Shown: positions 36,700 to 50,900 of the stretch, one piece after another
Position numbering within the stretch: the first letter of the stretch is position 1
How the letters are laid out: every line of letters begins with the position of its first letter
Origin: Amoebophrya sp. A120
Taxonomy: Eukaryota; Protista; Dinoflagellata
Length of the DNA: 64,000 nucleotides
Direction: 5' to 3'
Assembly (NCBI GenBank): GCA_905178155.1
Contig: CAJINV010000005.1
Location: 8,533,591 to 8,597,590 of the forward strand
Program-made: the position numbers and the translations under genes
The notes under the pieces: model-generated
What the model was told of the DNA's origin: nothing
What the model saw: the letters and a program-made list of their open reading frames with translations, nothing else
Databases searched by the model: none

Positions 36700-38130
36700 A
36701 GATTAGCACGTTTTTGTTTTTCGTCTCCTCGCCTGCGCCCTGTCCCCGTCGGTCCTCACCCGTGGGAGCAGTCATTTTTGATTTTTCCCGGGCAATCTGT
36801 AATGCGCCACGCTGGCCATTTTTGAAAAATTAGCACATTTTCTTTTTTCGTCTCCTCGCCTGCGCCCTGTCCCCGCCGGTCCTCACCCGTGGGAACAGTC
36901 ATTTTTGATTTTTCCCGGGCAATCTGTAATGCGCCACGCTGGTCATTTTTGGAAAATTGGCGCGTTTTTGTTTTTCGTCTCCTCGCCTGCGCCCTGTCCC
37001 CGTCGGTCCCCACCCGTTGGAGCAGTCATTTTTGATTTTCCCCGGGCAATCTGTAATGCGCCACGCTGGCCATTTTTGAAAAAATAGCACGTTTTTGTTT
37101 TTCGTCTCCTCGCCTGCGCCCTGTCCCCGCCGGTCCTCACCCGTGGGAGCAGTCATTTTTGATTTTTCCCGGGCAATCTGTAATGCGCCACGCTGGCCAT
37201 TTTTGAAAATTGATTAGCGCATTTTCTTTTTTCGTCTCCTCGCCTGCGCCCTGTTCCCGCCGGTCCTCACCCGTGGGAGCAGTCATTTTTGATTTTTCCC
37301 GGGCAATCTGTAATGCGCCACGCTGGTCATTTTTGAAAAATTAGCATGTTTTTTGTTTTTCGTCTCCTCGCCTGCGCCCTGTCCCCGCCGGTCCTCACCC
37401 GTGGGAACAGCCATTTTTGATTTTCCCCGGGCAATCTGTAATGCGCCACGCTGGTCATTTTTGAAAAATTGGCACGTTTTTGCTTTTCGTCTCCTCGCCT
37501 GCGCCCTGTCCCCGCCGGTCCTCACCCGTGGGAGCAGTCATTTTTGATTTTCCCCGGGCAATCTGTAATGCGCCACGCTGGCCATTTTTGAAAAATTAGC
37601 ATGTTTTTCGTCTCCTCGCCTGCGCCCTGTCCCCGCCGGTCCTCACCCGTGGGAACAGTAATTTTTGATTTTTCCCGGGCAATCTGTACTGCGCCACGCT
37701 GGCCATTTTTGAAAAATTAGCACATTTTCTTTTTTCGTCTCCGCCGTCTGCGCCCTGTCCCCGCCGGTCCTCACCCGTGGGAGCAGTGACTTTTGATTTT
37801 TCCCGGGCAATCTGTAATGCGCCACGATGGCCATTTTTCCAATTAATTTCTTTTTTCGTCTCCGTCGCCTGCACCCTGTGCCCGCCGGTCCTCACCCGCG
37901 GGAGCAGTGATTTGGATTTTTCTCGGGCAACCTGTGATGCGTTACGCTGGCCATTTTTTCAAAACTAGCACATTTTCTTTTTTCGTCTCCGCCGTCTGCG
38001 CCCTGTCCCCGCCGGTCCTCACCCGTGGAGGCAGTGAATTTTGATTTTTCCCGGTCAATCTGCAATGCGCCCCGCTGGCCATTTTTTCAAAATTAGCACG
38101 TTTTCTTTTTTCGTCTCCGCCGTCTTGCGC
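36700..38130. repeat. ~127-bp satellite array (~11 units)
   Basis: Unit cgtctcctcgcctgcgccctgtccccgccggtcctcacccgtgggagcagtcatttttgatttttcccgggcaatctgtaatgcgccacgctgg. Confidence 0.92.
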
Positions 38131-38994
38131 ACACTAGAGCCCAACTAGCGCCAGTCGTTGCTCCTGCCATACCTAAGTATCCCAGAAAAAGTAGCGCAAG
38201 TCGGTCTTCCTGCTGTGCCTAAGTATCCTGATCAAAAAAAATGGTCGAGTTTCATTGGAGCAACAAGCTCTGGACGAGCAATGAATTCTATGGGCACGAC
38301 GACCTCCTCCGCGAGTATAGAAGCAGAATACATGCTGGGGAGGTTGTGAAAAAAATAAAAGTTGTCAGATCTGTCGGTTGATGAAGTGAAAAAGAAAGAA
38401 AATCAAAGTAGATCAAGATCGGAAGAAAAAATGTTGATCCTTTAAGAATCACGAAGAAGAAAGATCAGGATGATCTGTCGGTTAAAGTGAGAAATGAGCC
38501 TGAATTGTTTCAGAAAAAAGATCAATGAGGCGAACATACAGAAGGGTTGATGTAGTACTAAGTGGAGTCGGTCTATTCAGAATCCACCGTCGGTATGTAT
38601 TTATGGTCCGAAGCAAAAATAATCTCTTCCGACTTTAATATCGTCTTCTTTCATAAACATCGCGACAGCCTTGTCTCTCGACAGGTACAAAACAAAAACT
38701 GCGACTGCTTTTCACAAGCTCAAGCTCTCAAGAATTTTTTGAAAACATTAAACCGCCAAAAACTCCTGTGATAAAAGGAAGCTAACTCTCGAGCATATCC
38801 TCAATTTTACCCCATCTTGGAGTATTAACGTTATTCCGATTCGTTGGTGGATTCGTTTGTGGAATTAGAACATTGAAGAAGCAACGTGATAGTAAGCATC
38901 TTGTTTACCGTGACGAGCGCACCAGCTTCCTAGTACAACTAAAAATTGCATCATCCGCATATATATCATTGTCTACTCAAACTCGTCCTCCAAA

Positions 38995-41900
38995 ATGATG
39001 TCCTCTATTCGTTCCGTGACGAAGAAAAACAAGTTCTTTTCGACTGCAGGTGTGGTCGCGGCCGTTCTACTTGTGTCTGGCTTCGCAGGACCGCAACAGG
39101 GAGGCGTTGCTGCACTGCGACCCGCGACGGCCTTTAATCGGATTGTTGGTACTCCCGCCGCTGATCAAACGCGGACGCATTCGCTATGACAGCCTCAGGT
39201 TGGAAATCCTCAAAGTGGAAATAATTTGTAATGCAAAAAAGCGACTCCAGTTGAAGCGCCATTTGCAGTCGGCGCATGACAAATTTCCTGGGCCCTTAAA
39301 GCATGTCTGTCATGCAGGTGAAGGCAAAGGGGTGCCCTTCTCTCGTGCTAAGCAGCGCTCCAATTCTTCACCCCTAGCAGGACAATAGTCGGTCTCTATT
39401 GTGTCCTCCGCAATACAGCCTTTTTTGCCTTGCATTTCGTGCATCGCAAATTATTTCTACTTTGAGGATTTCCATTCTGAGGCTTTCATATTCGCCACCG
39501 CCTGCGGCAGGACCGTCGCAGCAAACTATGGGAGATCATACAGCACGGCGTTGCCCTCGGGGGCTCCGTTGTGGACGAAATACGACCTGCTGCATGTGCA
39601 ACCCCGTCAGTAAAGATGACCTAAGGGCCTTTGTGAAAGGCCAAACGCACAAAGGGTCGGGCAGCAACATTCTGAAGTTGGTCGACGGGGCTTCCTGCGA
39701 GGCATTTGGACAGTGCTGTCCCATATGCATTGGAAATAAAGTTGTATATCTGGGTCTAGAACATCAAAGCCACTTTTCATGCTAAATGTGAATCATGCAA
39801 AATAAAAATCGGTGTTGCATGATTACCAAAAGCCGTCCACTTTTGACCTAATCGAGAGGCAGTTATTTCTCACGCAGGATATTTTTAGGCATGATAGAAC
39901 TCTGGTGAAACCTACTTAGTAAGTAAGATATTTTTTAGTGCCTTCAGTACTTCACCTTTCAGAAACTGAAATAAAAGTGAAAGCAAAATAAAGCCCAGTT
40001 GTATAGAAAAATAAAACTCAAGCCAGATTTTGGCTCAGCAATTTAATACGTCGTCAATGCGCAGGAAGCACTGCCTTTTTTGTTCTCTTAACACTACCTA
40101 CTTGTTCAGGAGGTGGAAATTGTTTCACGAAGAGAAAATGCGTACTAGTCACTGGTCTAAAAAAAATAATGGCGTCGCCCCCCTCACTGACAGCGCCGCC
40201 GCAGCACGGGCCACCGCATAGCCCCGTCGTGGAGTTAGATAGAAGGCTCCGGATAGAGTAGTAAATAAAAAGCAACAGTAAGACTAGCGGCTGGAGACAC
40301 AAGCTCGGTGATACGCGAGGCGTGCCCGCCAACCTTGGACCCGCACCCCCTCCCCCCCCCGCGGGATATCGTGGAAAAGAGGCATAGATCCCAACCAGCA
40401 GACTAGCCGCGGTGTGCCATGAGGGCCGGCGCGGATGGGGACCGGAAGGGGGGAGTCGTGCACCAGGCACCGAAAAGGCATGCTTGCCCGCCGCGACAGG
40501 AATTGGCACGATGTCATGTATGAGCGGAGGTGCCCACTGCACTAGGCAGTGCAAGGGCGTATAGATACAAGTACTCACTTAGATTGCACAGGTAGAACTT
40601 TGAAAAAGAGATTTCTCAGGCTTGAGAAATTGCATAGTGCATTGATCCCCTCCGATGGCCCCGGCACACTGCAGGCACGGGTACGGAAACTGCCGCCCGC
40701 GATCACAGCGCAGGCGCGTGTCGAAGGCATTTACTTTACTTTACGCGTTTTCCTTTTACCAAAACCAGAGCAGAAGACTAGTAACCGGGCCTACAAAATA
40801 GCGACTAGTAGTAAATAACGCACTCCACATCCGCGCCCGCCGTGGTCGTGACCTTCGTGCCGTGATCGAGCGACGCGACAAGGGCCTGCGTTTTTCTTAG
40901 GGACGAGGGCGCAGGACATGTCAGTGAGGGGAACCCGTGGGCTTGTCCTCGTCGGTCTTTTTCCGTTCCCCTGGTTATTCCTTTGATTCCACCCAGGCTA
41001 TCTTTCTTTGTGCACCAGCACAGCCAGCTTGCTCGAGTAGAGCGCCCTTCTTGACGACGTCGGACGTGGACGCGCCTACACGCGCGACAGAAGGACCTCC
41101 GCCAACGACGGGGGAAGGGTAACCGAGGATCGACGACGGGGGAGCATTCTGCACAGCGTCGGATCGGGCGACGTACTATCAGCATTCTGTACTACTTCCT
41201 GGCGACGGTGGAGGGAATAGAAATCCTCTGCTGCGGGCGGCACGCGACGGGTAACTCTGCCTCGGGTGTCCTCACAACTAACCGTCGCAGTGGCTCACTT
41301 CTTCCTACCGCGGTGACGAATAAGTCCCCTCAGGGGCAATCTGGCATCCCTTGGCCACGGCGGCTTCGGCTGCCCACCCTTGGGTAGTCAGAACGTCACA
41401 AAACTAAGATCCAGCGGCAGATCACAACTAAATCAACACGTCGACCGATCTACAGAGCCACTGCCAAAAGCAGCGAAGACGACAAAGGACACTCGTGGGT
41501 AGACCTGCTGAGGGGGTCGCATACCAGCCGAAAGAGACAACCGGCTGCAACTATCTGGAAAGTTGAAGCGTTACAAACCATCGGCAGGCAGCACCTAGCC
41601 CCAGCGAAAATCTTTCCTATGGTTAGCTTACACAGAGAGAGTAGCTTAGTAGTTAGAAGCTGGCTGTAGAGTTTATTCCTCCTCCTCCTCTTAGGCATGA
41701 TAGAACTCATCTCACAGAATCTGTCATGCTACAACATCCCACATAGTACCAGACCTCATTGGTCATGGAAAAGAACCTCCTGCGTGACAAGTCGGGCATT
41801 CTTCCAGACCCAGACACTTTTGCATTTGATATCCCACGGACGGAAACGATTGCAGCCTGTCAAGCGCCTGCTGTTGCTGTTGTGCGGCCAAGCCCTGCGT

Positions 41901-44900
41901 TATCAAAAGGAAAAATCCCCCCTCCCCATATCGAAACGAAGTTTCTGACGCTGGATCTCTGCACACAAATCAGATTTGTCTTGCAGTAGAGGACTGCAGG
42001 CATATGCCGAGCCTCGGTCGAGAGGTTTTGACGTAGGCGCCTAGCATGGCAAACGTGTATGCCCTAAGCCCAACAGCATCACAAACCGCCTGCAAAATGC
42101 GGGGGGCTCTCTGGTCTTGCCTTCTTGCAAGACAGACGGGATTTGAGGTCACAAATGCGCATCACAAATTTTCAGACGGATACGCTTTCAATATGGGGTG
42201 GGGGCCTTTTTCCTTTTGATATGCGTGCAGAATAGCTGTGGCAAGGAGTCGTGCGCCAACAAAGCCATTTGCGATGCTGCCTGCCATATGAATTGCAAAT
42301 ATGTCTGGGTCTGGGAGATTGGGATTGCGAGATTTGTCATGCTAGTCTGGCACGACTCCGAGCTCTGTATTGTGTGGCCGCGAAGAGGAGCTCCTCTTGG
42401 CTGTCATGCAAAAACGCAGTTTCTTATGCGGAGTACTACGCAACCCTGATAGCCACGGAAAAACTTGTCATGCTGGGCGACACCCCGCATTTTTACAGTG
42501 TGCTCAATATTCCCTTCCTTGCGTCACAAGTTTCCAGACCCGGACACTTTTGCATTTGATATGCAATTGCTACGACCACCCTGATATGCATTGCAAAAGT
42601 ATCGTACTCGTATAAATGCATTACAAATTTCCTCAGCGTGAGAAATAAAATTTGTAATGCGGATTTGCCTTGGAAACAAGATTAATATTTATATTGCTTG
42701 ACTTCCGGGTTCTGTGATCACATACCCCAGACGACAGGTGACGGCGACAGGTGACGCGGAGAGGCGACGGCGACAGGCGAAACGACAGGCGAAAGGAGAG
42801 GCCAAACGACAGGCGAAAGGAGAGGCGAAACGAGAGGCGAAGCGACAGGCGCCGACGACAGGCCAAAAGCGGCAATTTCTCACGCGGTTCAGCGCCAGCA
42901 GCAGCAACAACAAAAAAGCAAAAACTCATTTATTTCCGAGAAGAAAAAAGCATCTCTGTTATTTTCAAAAATACTCATGCGCAAAAAATAATTAATTTAT
43001 TCATAATATCCGAAGCATGAAGATAGTTACTTTTTGCGTGTGAATAGAAATAAGAGAGCTGCTTTTTTCTTCTCGGAAATAAGTTATTTTTTGCGTGTGA
43101 ATAAAATAAAAGAGCTGCTTTTTTCTTCTCGGAAATAAAAAGGGCTCGTGGTTTTTTTGTTGCTGCTGCTGGTGCGGAACCGCGTCCAAGAAATAAAAGC
43201 TAGCACTGTTGGCCTGTCGCCGCCGCCTGTCCTTTCGCCTGTCGTTTTGCCTGTCGTTCTGCCTGTCGCCTCACCTGTCGCCCCACCTGTCGCCGTCGCC
43301 TGTCGCCTCCACATGTCGCCGCCCCCTGTCGCCTGGGGTGTCTGATTACAGTTACAGAACCCGGGCGCCTCGTCAGATTCGTTTTTTCTTCTCAGAAATA
43401 AACCATAAAGCCGCGACCCCCGCTGCAGCAAAGAAGTTCGAATCTATTTCGAGCATGTTTGCCAGGCGCAACGAGTAACTTTTTGCGCAGCTCTTTATTT
43501 TTCAAAAATAGAAAAGCCCTCCGGGTTCTGGTAACGCATACCCTCCGACACACAGGGTGACCACGACAGGTGACCGCGACAGGTGGCCGCGAGAGGTGGC
43601 CGCGACATTTGTCTGCGGCAGGTGGCCACGACAGGCAAACACCCTCCCCCCAATAGCGCGCCGCGAACTAAGTCACTAGCTACGCGCGCCGCGCCTGGTG
43701 TGAGGCGGGGGGCGGACGTTCCTGGCGAAGAATTCCTACGCCGCGTCCTGCGGGTGGGAGCCAAGGCAGGGGCGTAGAAATTCCATACCGCCCCGGAAAA
43801 AAAATCCGGTCCCAAGGTTGCTTTTGCGCAACACAGATCGGAGATTTCTTCCCCCGGGCGGTATGGACTTTCTACGCCGCGTCCAGCGGGCTCCAGGGTA
43901 GGGGCGTAGAAATTCCATACCGCCCTGGAAAAGAAATCCGGTCCCAAAGTTGCTTTTGCGCAACACAGATCGGGCATTTCTTTTCCCGGGCCACGGTATG
44001 GACTTTCTACGCCGCGTCCTGCGGGAGCCAGGGAAGGGGCGTAGAAATTCCATATCGCCCTGGAAAAGAAATCCCGTCCCAGCGTTGCTTTTGCGCAACA
44101 CAGATCGGAGATTTCTTTCCCCGGGCGGTATGGACTTTCTGCGCCGCGTCCTGCGGGAGCCGGGGCAGGGGCGTAGAAATTCCCTACCGTCCTGGGAAAG
44201 GAATCCGGCCCCGAAGTTGCTTGCGCGCAACACAGGTCGGAGATTTCTTTTCCCGGGCGGTATGGACTTTCTACGGCGCGTCCTTCGGGAGCCAGGGATG
44301 GGGCGTAGAAATTCTATACCGCCCTGGAAAAGAAATCCCGTCTCAAAGTTGCTTTTGCGCAACGCAGATCGGAGATTTCTTTCCCCGCACGGTATGGACT
44401 TTCTACGCCGCGCCCTGCGGGAGCCGGGGCCGGAGCGTAGAAATTCCATACCGTCCTGGGAAAGGAATCCGGCCCCGAAGTTGCTTTCGCGCAACACAGA
44501 TCGGAGATATCTTTTCCCGGGCGGTATGGACTTTCTACGCCGCGTCCTGCGGGAGCCAGGGAAGGGGCGTAGAAATTCCATACCGCCCTGGAAAAGAAAT
44601 CCCGTCCCAAAGTTGCTTTTGCGCAACACAGATCGGAGATTTCTTTCCCCGGGCGGTATGGACTTTCTACGCCGCGTCCTGCGGGAGCCGGGGCAGGAGC
44701 GTAGAAATTCCATACCGTCCTGGGAAAGGAATCCGGCCCCGAAGTTGCTTTCGCGCAACACAGATCGGAGATTTCTTTTCCCGGGCGGTATGGACTTTCT
44801 ACGCCGCGTCCTGCGGGAGCCAGGGAAGGGGCGTAGAAATTCCATACCGCCCTGGAAAAGAAATCCCGTCCCAAAGTTGCTTTTGCGCAACACAGATCGG

Positions 44901-47900
44901 AGATTTCTTTCCCCGGGCGGTATGGACTTTCTACGCCGCGTCCTGCGGGAGCCGGGGCAGGAGCGTAGAAATTCCATACCGTCCTGGGAAAGGAATCCGG
45001 CCCCGAAGTTGCTTTCGCGCAACACAGATCGGAGATTTCTTTTCCCGGGCGGTATGGACTTTCTACGCCGCGTCCTGCGGGAGCCAGGGAAGGGGCGTAG
45101 AAATTCCATACCGCCCTGGAAAAGAAATCCCGTCCCAAAGTTGCTTTTGCGCAACACAGATCGGAGATTTCTTTCCCCGGGCGGTATGGACTTTCTACGC
45201 CGCGTCCTGCGGGAGCCGGGGCAGGAGCGTAGAAATTCCATACCGTCCTGGGAAAGGAATCCGGCCCCGAAGTTGCTTTCGCGCAACACAGATCGGAGAT
45301 TTTTTTTCCCGGGCGGTATGGACTTTCTACGCCGCGTCCTGCGGGAGCCAGGGAAGGGGCGGAGAAATTCCATACCGCCCGGGAAAAGAAATCCCGTCCC
45401 ACAGTTGCTTTTGCGCAACACAGATCGGAGATTTCTTTCCCCGAGCGGTATGGACTTTCTACGCCGCGTCCTGCGGGAGCCGGGGCAGGAGCGTAGAAAT
45501 TCCATACCGTCCTGGGAAAGGAATCCGGCCCCGAAGTTGCTTTCGCGCAACACAGATCGGAGATTTCTTTTCCCGGGCGGTATGGACTTTCTACGCCGCG
45601 TCCTGCGGGAGCCAGGGAAGGGGCGGAGAAATTCCATACCGCCCGGGAAAAGAAATCCCGTCCCACAGTTGCTTTTGCGCAACACAGATCGGAGATTTCT
45701 TTCCCCGAGCGGTATGGACTTTCTACGCCGCGTCCTGCGGGAGCCGGGGCAGGAGCGTAGAAATTCCATACCGTCCTGGGAAAGGAATCCGGCCCCGAAG
45801 TTGCTTTCGCGCAACACAGATCGGAGATTTCTTTTCCCGGGCGGTATGGACTTTCTACGCCGCGTCCTGCGGGAGCCAGGGAAGGGGCGGAGAAATTCCA
45901 TACCGCCCGGGAAAAGAAATCCCGTCCCACAGTTGCTTTTGCGCAACACAGATCGGAGATTTCTTTCCCCGAGCGGTATGGACTTTCTACGCCGCGTCCT
46001 GCGGGAGCCGGGGCAGGAGCGTAGAAATTCCATACCGTCCTGGGAAAGGAATCCGGCCCCGAAGTTGCTTTCGCGCAACACAGATCGGAGATTTCTTTTC
46101 CCGGGCGGTATGGACTTTGTTCGCCGCGTCCTGCGGGAGCCACCCAGGGAAGGGGCGTAGAAATTCCATACCGCCGTGGAAAAGAAATCCCGTCCCAAAG
46201 TTGTTTTTGCGCAACACAAGTCGGGGACTTCTTTCCCCGTGCGGTATGGAATTTCTACGCTGCGCCCTGCGGGAGCCGGGGCAGAAGCGTAGAAATTCCA
46301 TACCGTCCTGGGAAAGGAATCCGGCCCCGTAGTTGCTTTCGCGCAACACAGATCGGAGATTTCTTTTCCCGGGCGGTATGGACTTTCTATGCCGCATCCT
46401 GCGGGAGCCAGGGAAGGGGCGTAGAAATTCCATAGCGCCCGGGAAAAGAAATCCTTCCCGTCCCAAAGTTGCTTTTGCGCAACACAGAGAGATCGGAGAT
46501 TTCTTTCCCCGAGCGGTATGGACTTTCTACGCCGCGTCCTGTGGGAGCCTGCCGGGGCAGGAGCGTAGAAATTCCATACCGTCCTGGGAAAGGAATCCGG
46601 CCCCCGAGTTGCTTTCGCGCAACACAGATCGGAGATTTCTTTTCCCGGGCGGTATGGACTTTCCACGCCGCGTCCTGCGGGAGCCAGGGAAGGGGCGTAG
46701 AAATTCCATACCGCCCCGGAAAAGAAATCCGGTCCCGACGTTGCTTTTGCGCAACAAAGAGCAGAGATTTCTTTCCCCGGGCGGTATGGACTTTCTACGC
46801 CGCGTCCTGCGGGAGCCCAGGCGAGGGTGTAGAAATTCCGCGCCGCCCCTGGAAAAGATATTCCCTCGCAAGGCTGCGACTGTGGAATACAGAGCGGACA
46901 TTTCTTTTTCCGGGCTATCACAACGGTAAATGAATCACATTACAAATGAATCACCATACGGAAAAAAAAAACTTTCCATGTACCGCAGTGCATGGCCCGG
47001 CTCGCACGCATAAGGAAGCGCCCAATATATACAACCAAATAACCTGAGACACAGCGACGCTCCCCAGGAAGGTCGCGCCTTTCTCGATAAGGTTTGCGCT
47101 ATTTGGTTGGTGGCTACGGGGAACGAACGCAATGGCCAGGAGTGGATGCTGGGGGCATCGTGCCTGAATAGCTTGCAAACAACTCGGGGGAAGCATTCGC
47201 AACCCAAAATACCAAGCACAAGCCCACTGCTAAAGATAGGAAAAGCGACACCATAAAAATGAAGTGATTACACCTCCATACCTTCAGGCGTAGCGCCCCG
47301 AGGGTGTCGGATTTTCTGAAAAAAGATCAACTTTTGCCAAAAATTCATCTCTTTCGAAGCAAAAAAAGAGGCGTAATCTCCTTGCGTTTTGTAGCTATCA
47401 ATTAGCCCTATGATTCATTTGACTCCTCCCGCTTAGTATCTGCTTGAATCACCCCTGCAAAAAGCCGCGATTTTTGGCATCAAATTGATGCCCGAAGCAC
47501 GACTTTTTCGCGTCAAATCACCCTAGCAGATAATAAGTGGGTTTGGCTTTTTTTTGGTCTGAAACAGGCTGCACGTCTCAAGTTAGTACACCTCCACTGC
47601 TCCACTTCTGCCACTTGGTAACAGTAGAGTAGGGCAAAAGTAAGAATAGTGCGCCAATAGCACCATGCGGGGTAGCATTATGCACCACGGTATGATGCTT
47701 TGGGGCTGGTCTTGGGGTATCTTCTATGGCATCTTCTGCGCACTACGTCTCGCAGTCTTCTCCTTACCAAAATGCGACGCCTGGGGCTTTTGGTCGCAGC
47801 CTTCTCAAGCATTCGCCCACTGCAATCTACCGACCAGCTGTGTCTGGCGCGGGGAAAAAAGCTGCAGGCGCTACGGCAGTTGGGGACGCTCCGAATTTTT

Positions 47901-50900
47901 TTTTTTTCGACCCTATGACTCTTTTGAAAGTGATTCACTTTCTCCTTTGATACGGGCGGTATGGAATTTCTACGCCATCGCCTTGGCTCCTGCAGGAGGC
48001 GGCGTAGAAATTCCCTACCATCCTGAAGACGAAGTCTCCGATCTGTATTGCACAAAAGCAGTGCTGCAATCGAGTTTCTTTTTCAGCGGCGGCTTCGAAT
48101 TTCTACGCCATCGCCTTGGCTCCTGCAGGAGGCGGCGTAGAAATTCCATACCGCCATGAGAGGGAAGTCTCCGACCTGTGATGCACAAAGGCAACTTCAA
48201 CTTTGAGACCGGACTGCTTTTCCCGGGGTGGTTTCGAATTGTCCGCCCCGCTGCCGAAGGAACACCCTGCGCCCGGCTGTAGCGCTTCGCGCACTAAGCC
48301 ACTATGCGCGCCCCTGATGCGAGGCGAGGCCGAGGGGCGGACACTGTCCGCACTGATGCCGAACACCCTTCCCCCACTACCGCTTTGCGAACTAAGCCAC
48401 TGCGCGCGCGCCTGATGTGAGGCGAGGGGCGGACTCTGTCCGCCGCGATGCCGAGCAATGTTCTCCCACTCGCGCCACTAGGGATGCGCACAAGGCCCCA
48501 GCGTGGGGACCCTGTCCCCACGCGTGGACCTTGTTTGTAATGCAAGACTTGCATTTATACGAATACGATACTTCTGCACAGGATACCTGACGCGCCGGAC
48601 TATCTGGATGATGAAGCTCCGTATGGGTGTGTCAAGATCGGAATCGTCAAAGTTGAAATAGTTTGTCATGCATAAAGTGCAGCGCAGAAGTTGCCTCTGT
48701 TGCAGAGGACGCAAGGGAGGCAGATTGTAGTGCTGGTAAGGGTCGTCGAGAATGGGGCGGGTGATTAGCATCACAGAGGGGAGCCCGTTTGCCCTAAACA
48801 GCATGACAAACTGGCTTCCGGTACGGACAAAATTTCTCATGCATCGACTAGAAACTGCGGGCCCAACTGGTATCGATTTCATGCATTACAAGTTATTTCA
48901 ACTTTGTCGACTTCAATCCTGACACTTCCATACTCCGGAAGTCTGCTTGTGGTGTGCGAAGCCTCAGGAGAAGTTATCAAGAACAAAAATCCCCCCTCCC
49001 CATATCAAAACGGAAATCTGTGATGCAGATTTGTGGCCACAAATCAGCTCTGTGATGCTAGAAGGCAAAAGATGCTGACTGTAGTGCTACCTAGCGTGGG
49101 AAAGTATTGCATCTCCAGCATGACAAGAGGCAACTGGAAGTGGGAAGCAGCATGACAAATTGCCTGCAATTCAGGCCACAACTGCGTCTCTTGGCCTTCT
49201 AGCAATACAAGTCGACTTGCGTACTCAAATACAGCATCACAAATTTCGTTTCCGATATGGGGAGGGGGGATTTTTCTTTTTGATAGAAGTGTTCGAATTT
49301 TTGGTCGACGAAGTGCACTACCGCTGGCATGGGCCAGGCAAGCCTCGGTTTGGTATCTTGAGTAAATAAGACTTCATTTACCCGGCGGCGGCCCACATCT
49401 TGTTCTGTAGATCATCTGATGTCCAATAAGTAGAAGTCATACATAGAGATGATCTAATATTCTATGCATGCTTTTAAGTATAATTCAGGTGCACCAGCCT
49501 GCTCGTGATGAGGAGCGTTTTGTTCTTTCTGATGCCAGCGTAGTTGATGTAAAAACTCTAACTTGTCATACACGACCAGCAGCCTCCAACCCTGAGAAAT
49601 ACTTTTAAGCTGTGGGGCCGTTGTGGTAGCGTGGGGATGTTTTTGCACAGGATATCGTGCTGCCGAGCATAACCCGGACAACCAGTGTCTTCAGTGGGGA
49701 GATGTGACTGCTTTCAAAATCCCTGAGCTATCAAATGCAAATATCGACGATCTGGGTCATCTGGAAGGATGCAAGTGCAACGACCGATGATGCAGCTGCA
49801 TCTGGATGCTACAAAAATCTGTAATATTGCATGAACAGCATCAGCAAAAGAGGTCCAGGAGTTTTTGCCACGGCGAGAGGGCAACATGTCTCATGCAGTA
49901 TAGGCAACAGCTACATCAGGAAGCCCTGCGCATAAAATCTGTGATGCCAGAGCATGCATGCATCACTCCACAGACATCAGGAGTGATCATGCAAAATGGA
50001 TGCATGACAAACCTTGCACCATCTTCCTTCCAGACCCAGATCATCGATATTTGCATTTGATATGAGCACGTTTTCAATAACCAGCACTGGGCGCCCTGTA
50101 CGGCTATCAACTGTAAAAATGTCTGGGTCTGGAAGATTGCTACATTTGTCATGCTTGTCTGACATGACTCAAGAATCTGTGATGCATGGGCACGCAGTTG
50201 TCGTCTTACCTGTCATGTTGGAAGGCTAAGGGCTGGGCGTCCCCTCGTAAATTAATTCGACAAACAGTAGCCTCATACCCGGTAAACTCTAGAAGAAATT
50301 ATTGGACAACGCGATTTCTATCGAAAGACAAGCACAACAGCATCTGGGACGGCCGCGACGACAGCTGTGTGGGTATCTGGATAGAAATAGCCCTGTGCAA
50401 AAACTTTTCCTAGCACCGAGGGATTAAAAGAAAAGTAAAAAACGATGAAAAACAACAACTAAGACACAGTCCCACCTACGTCGAAAAAATCACCCTAAAA
50501 GGTGGTAGCACCAGTAGTATCAGTAAAGGTGTCCTGAACACGAGAGTGTGCGGGTGAAGACAAAACCCTAGGACAGCATGCAAAAGGCCAACGAAACCGG
50601 ACGTGGAGACCGTCCGAACAACAGCACCAGGGCGGGCCTGGGCGGAAAATGCATGACAAACACCGGAAGTCGAAACAGATCATGACAAGGAAAGGCCATA
50701 ATGATACTAAAGGTGGCACCAGGGTGGAAAAATAAATGATGGCCTTGTTCGTCTCCTTGGTCTCGTTCCCACAGCCCCAGGAAAGGCTAAAGTAATTTTT
50801 TAAAAAATAATAAAGCTTTACTCTACGCGCGCATAAATTACTTTGTCTAGACCGGTCGATCCACTTCTGCCTGTACCGTCTCTATTCCGTTTTCTCTACC

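Larger units (their letters stand above)
42585..48585. mobile_element. Introner family H expanded to 6 kb by a nested Helitron-like element
   Basis: TIR tatgcattgcaaaagtatcgtactcgtataaatgc ... gcatttatacgaatacgatacttctgcacaggata; DR CCTGA. Confidence 0.85.

Noticed and set aside
43736-46933. Long ORFs of 600-1061 aa in four frames
   Set aside because: By-product of a 132-bp (3n) satellite lacking stops in several frames; it lies inside a nested element within an intron.
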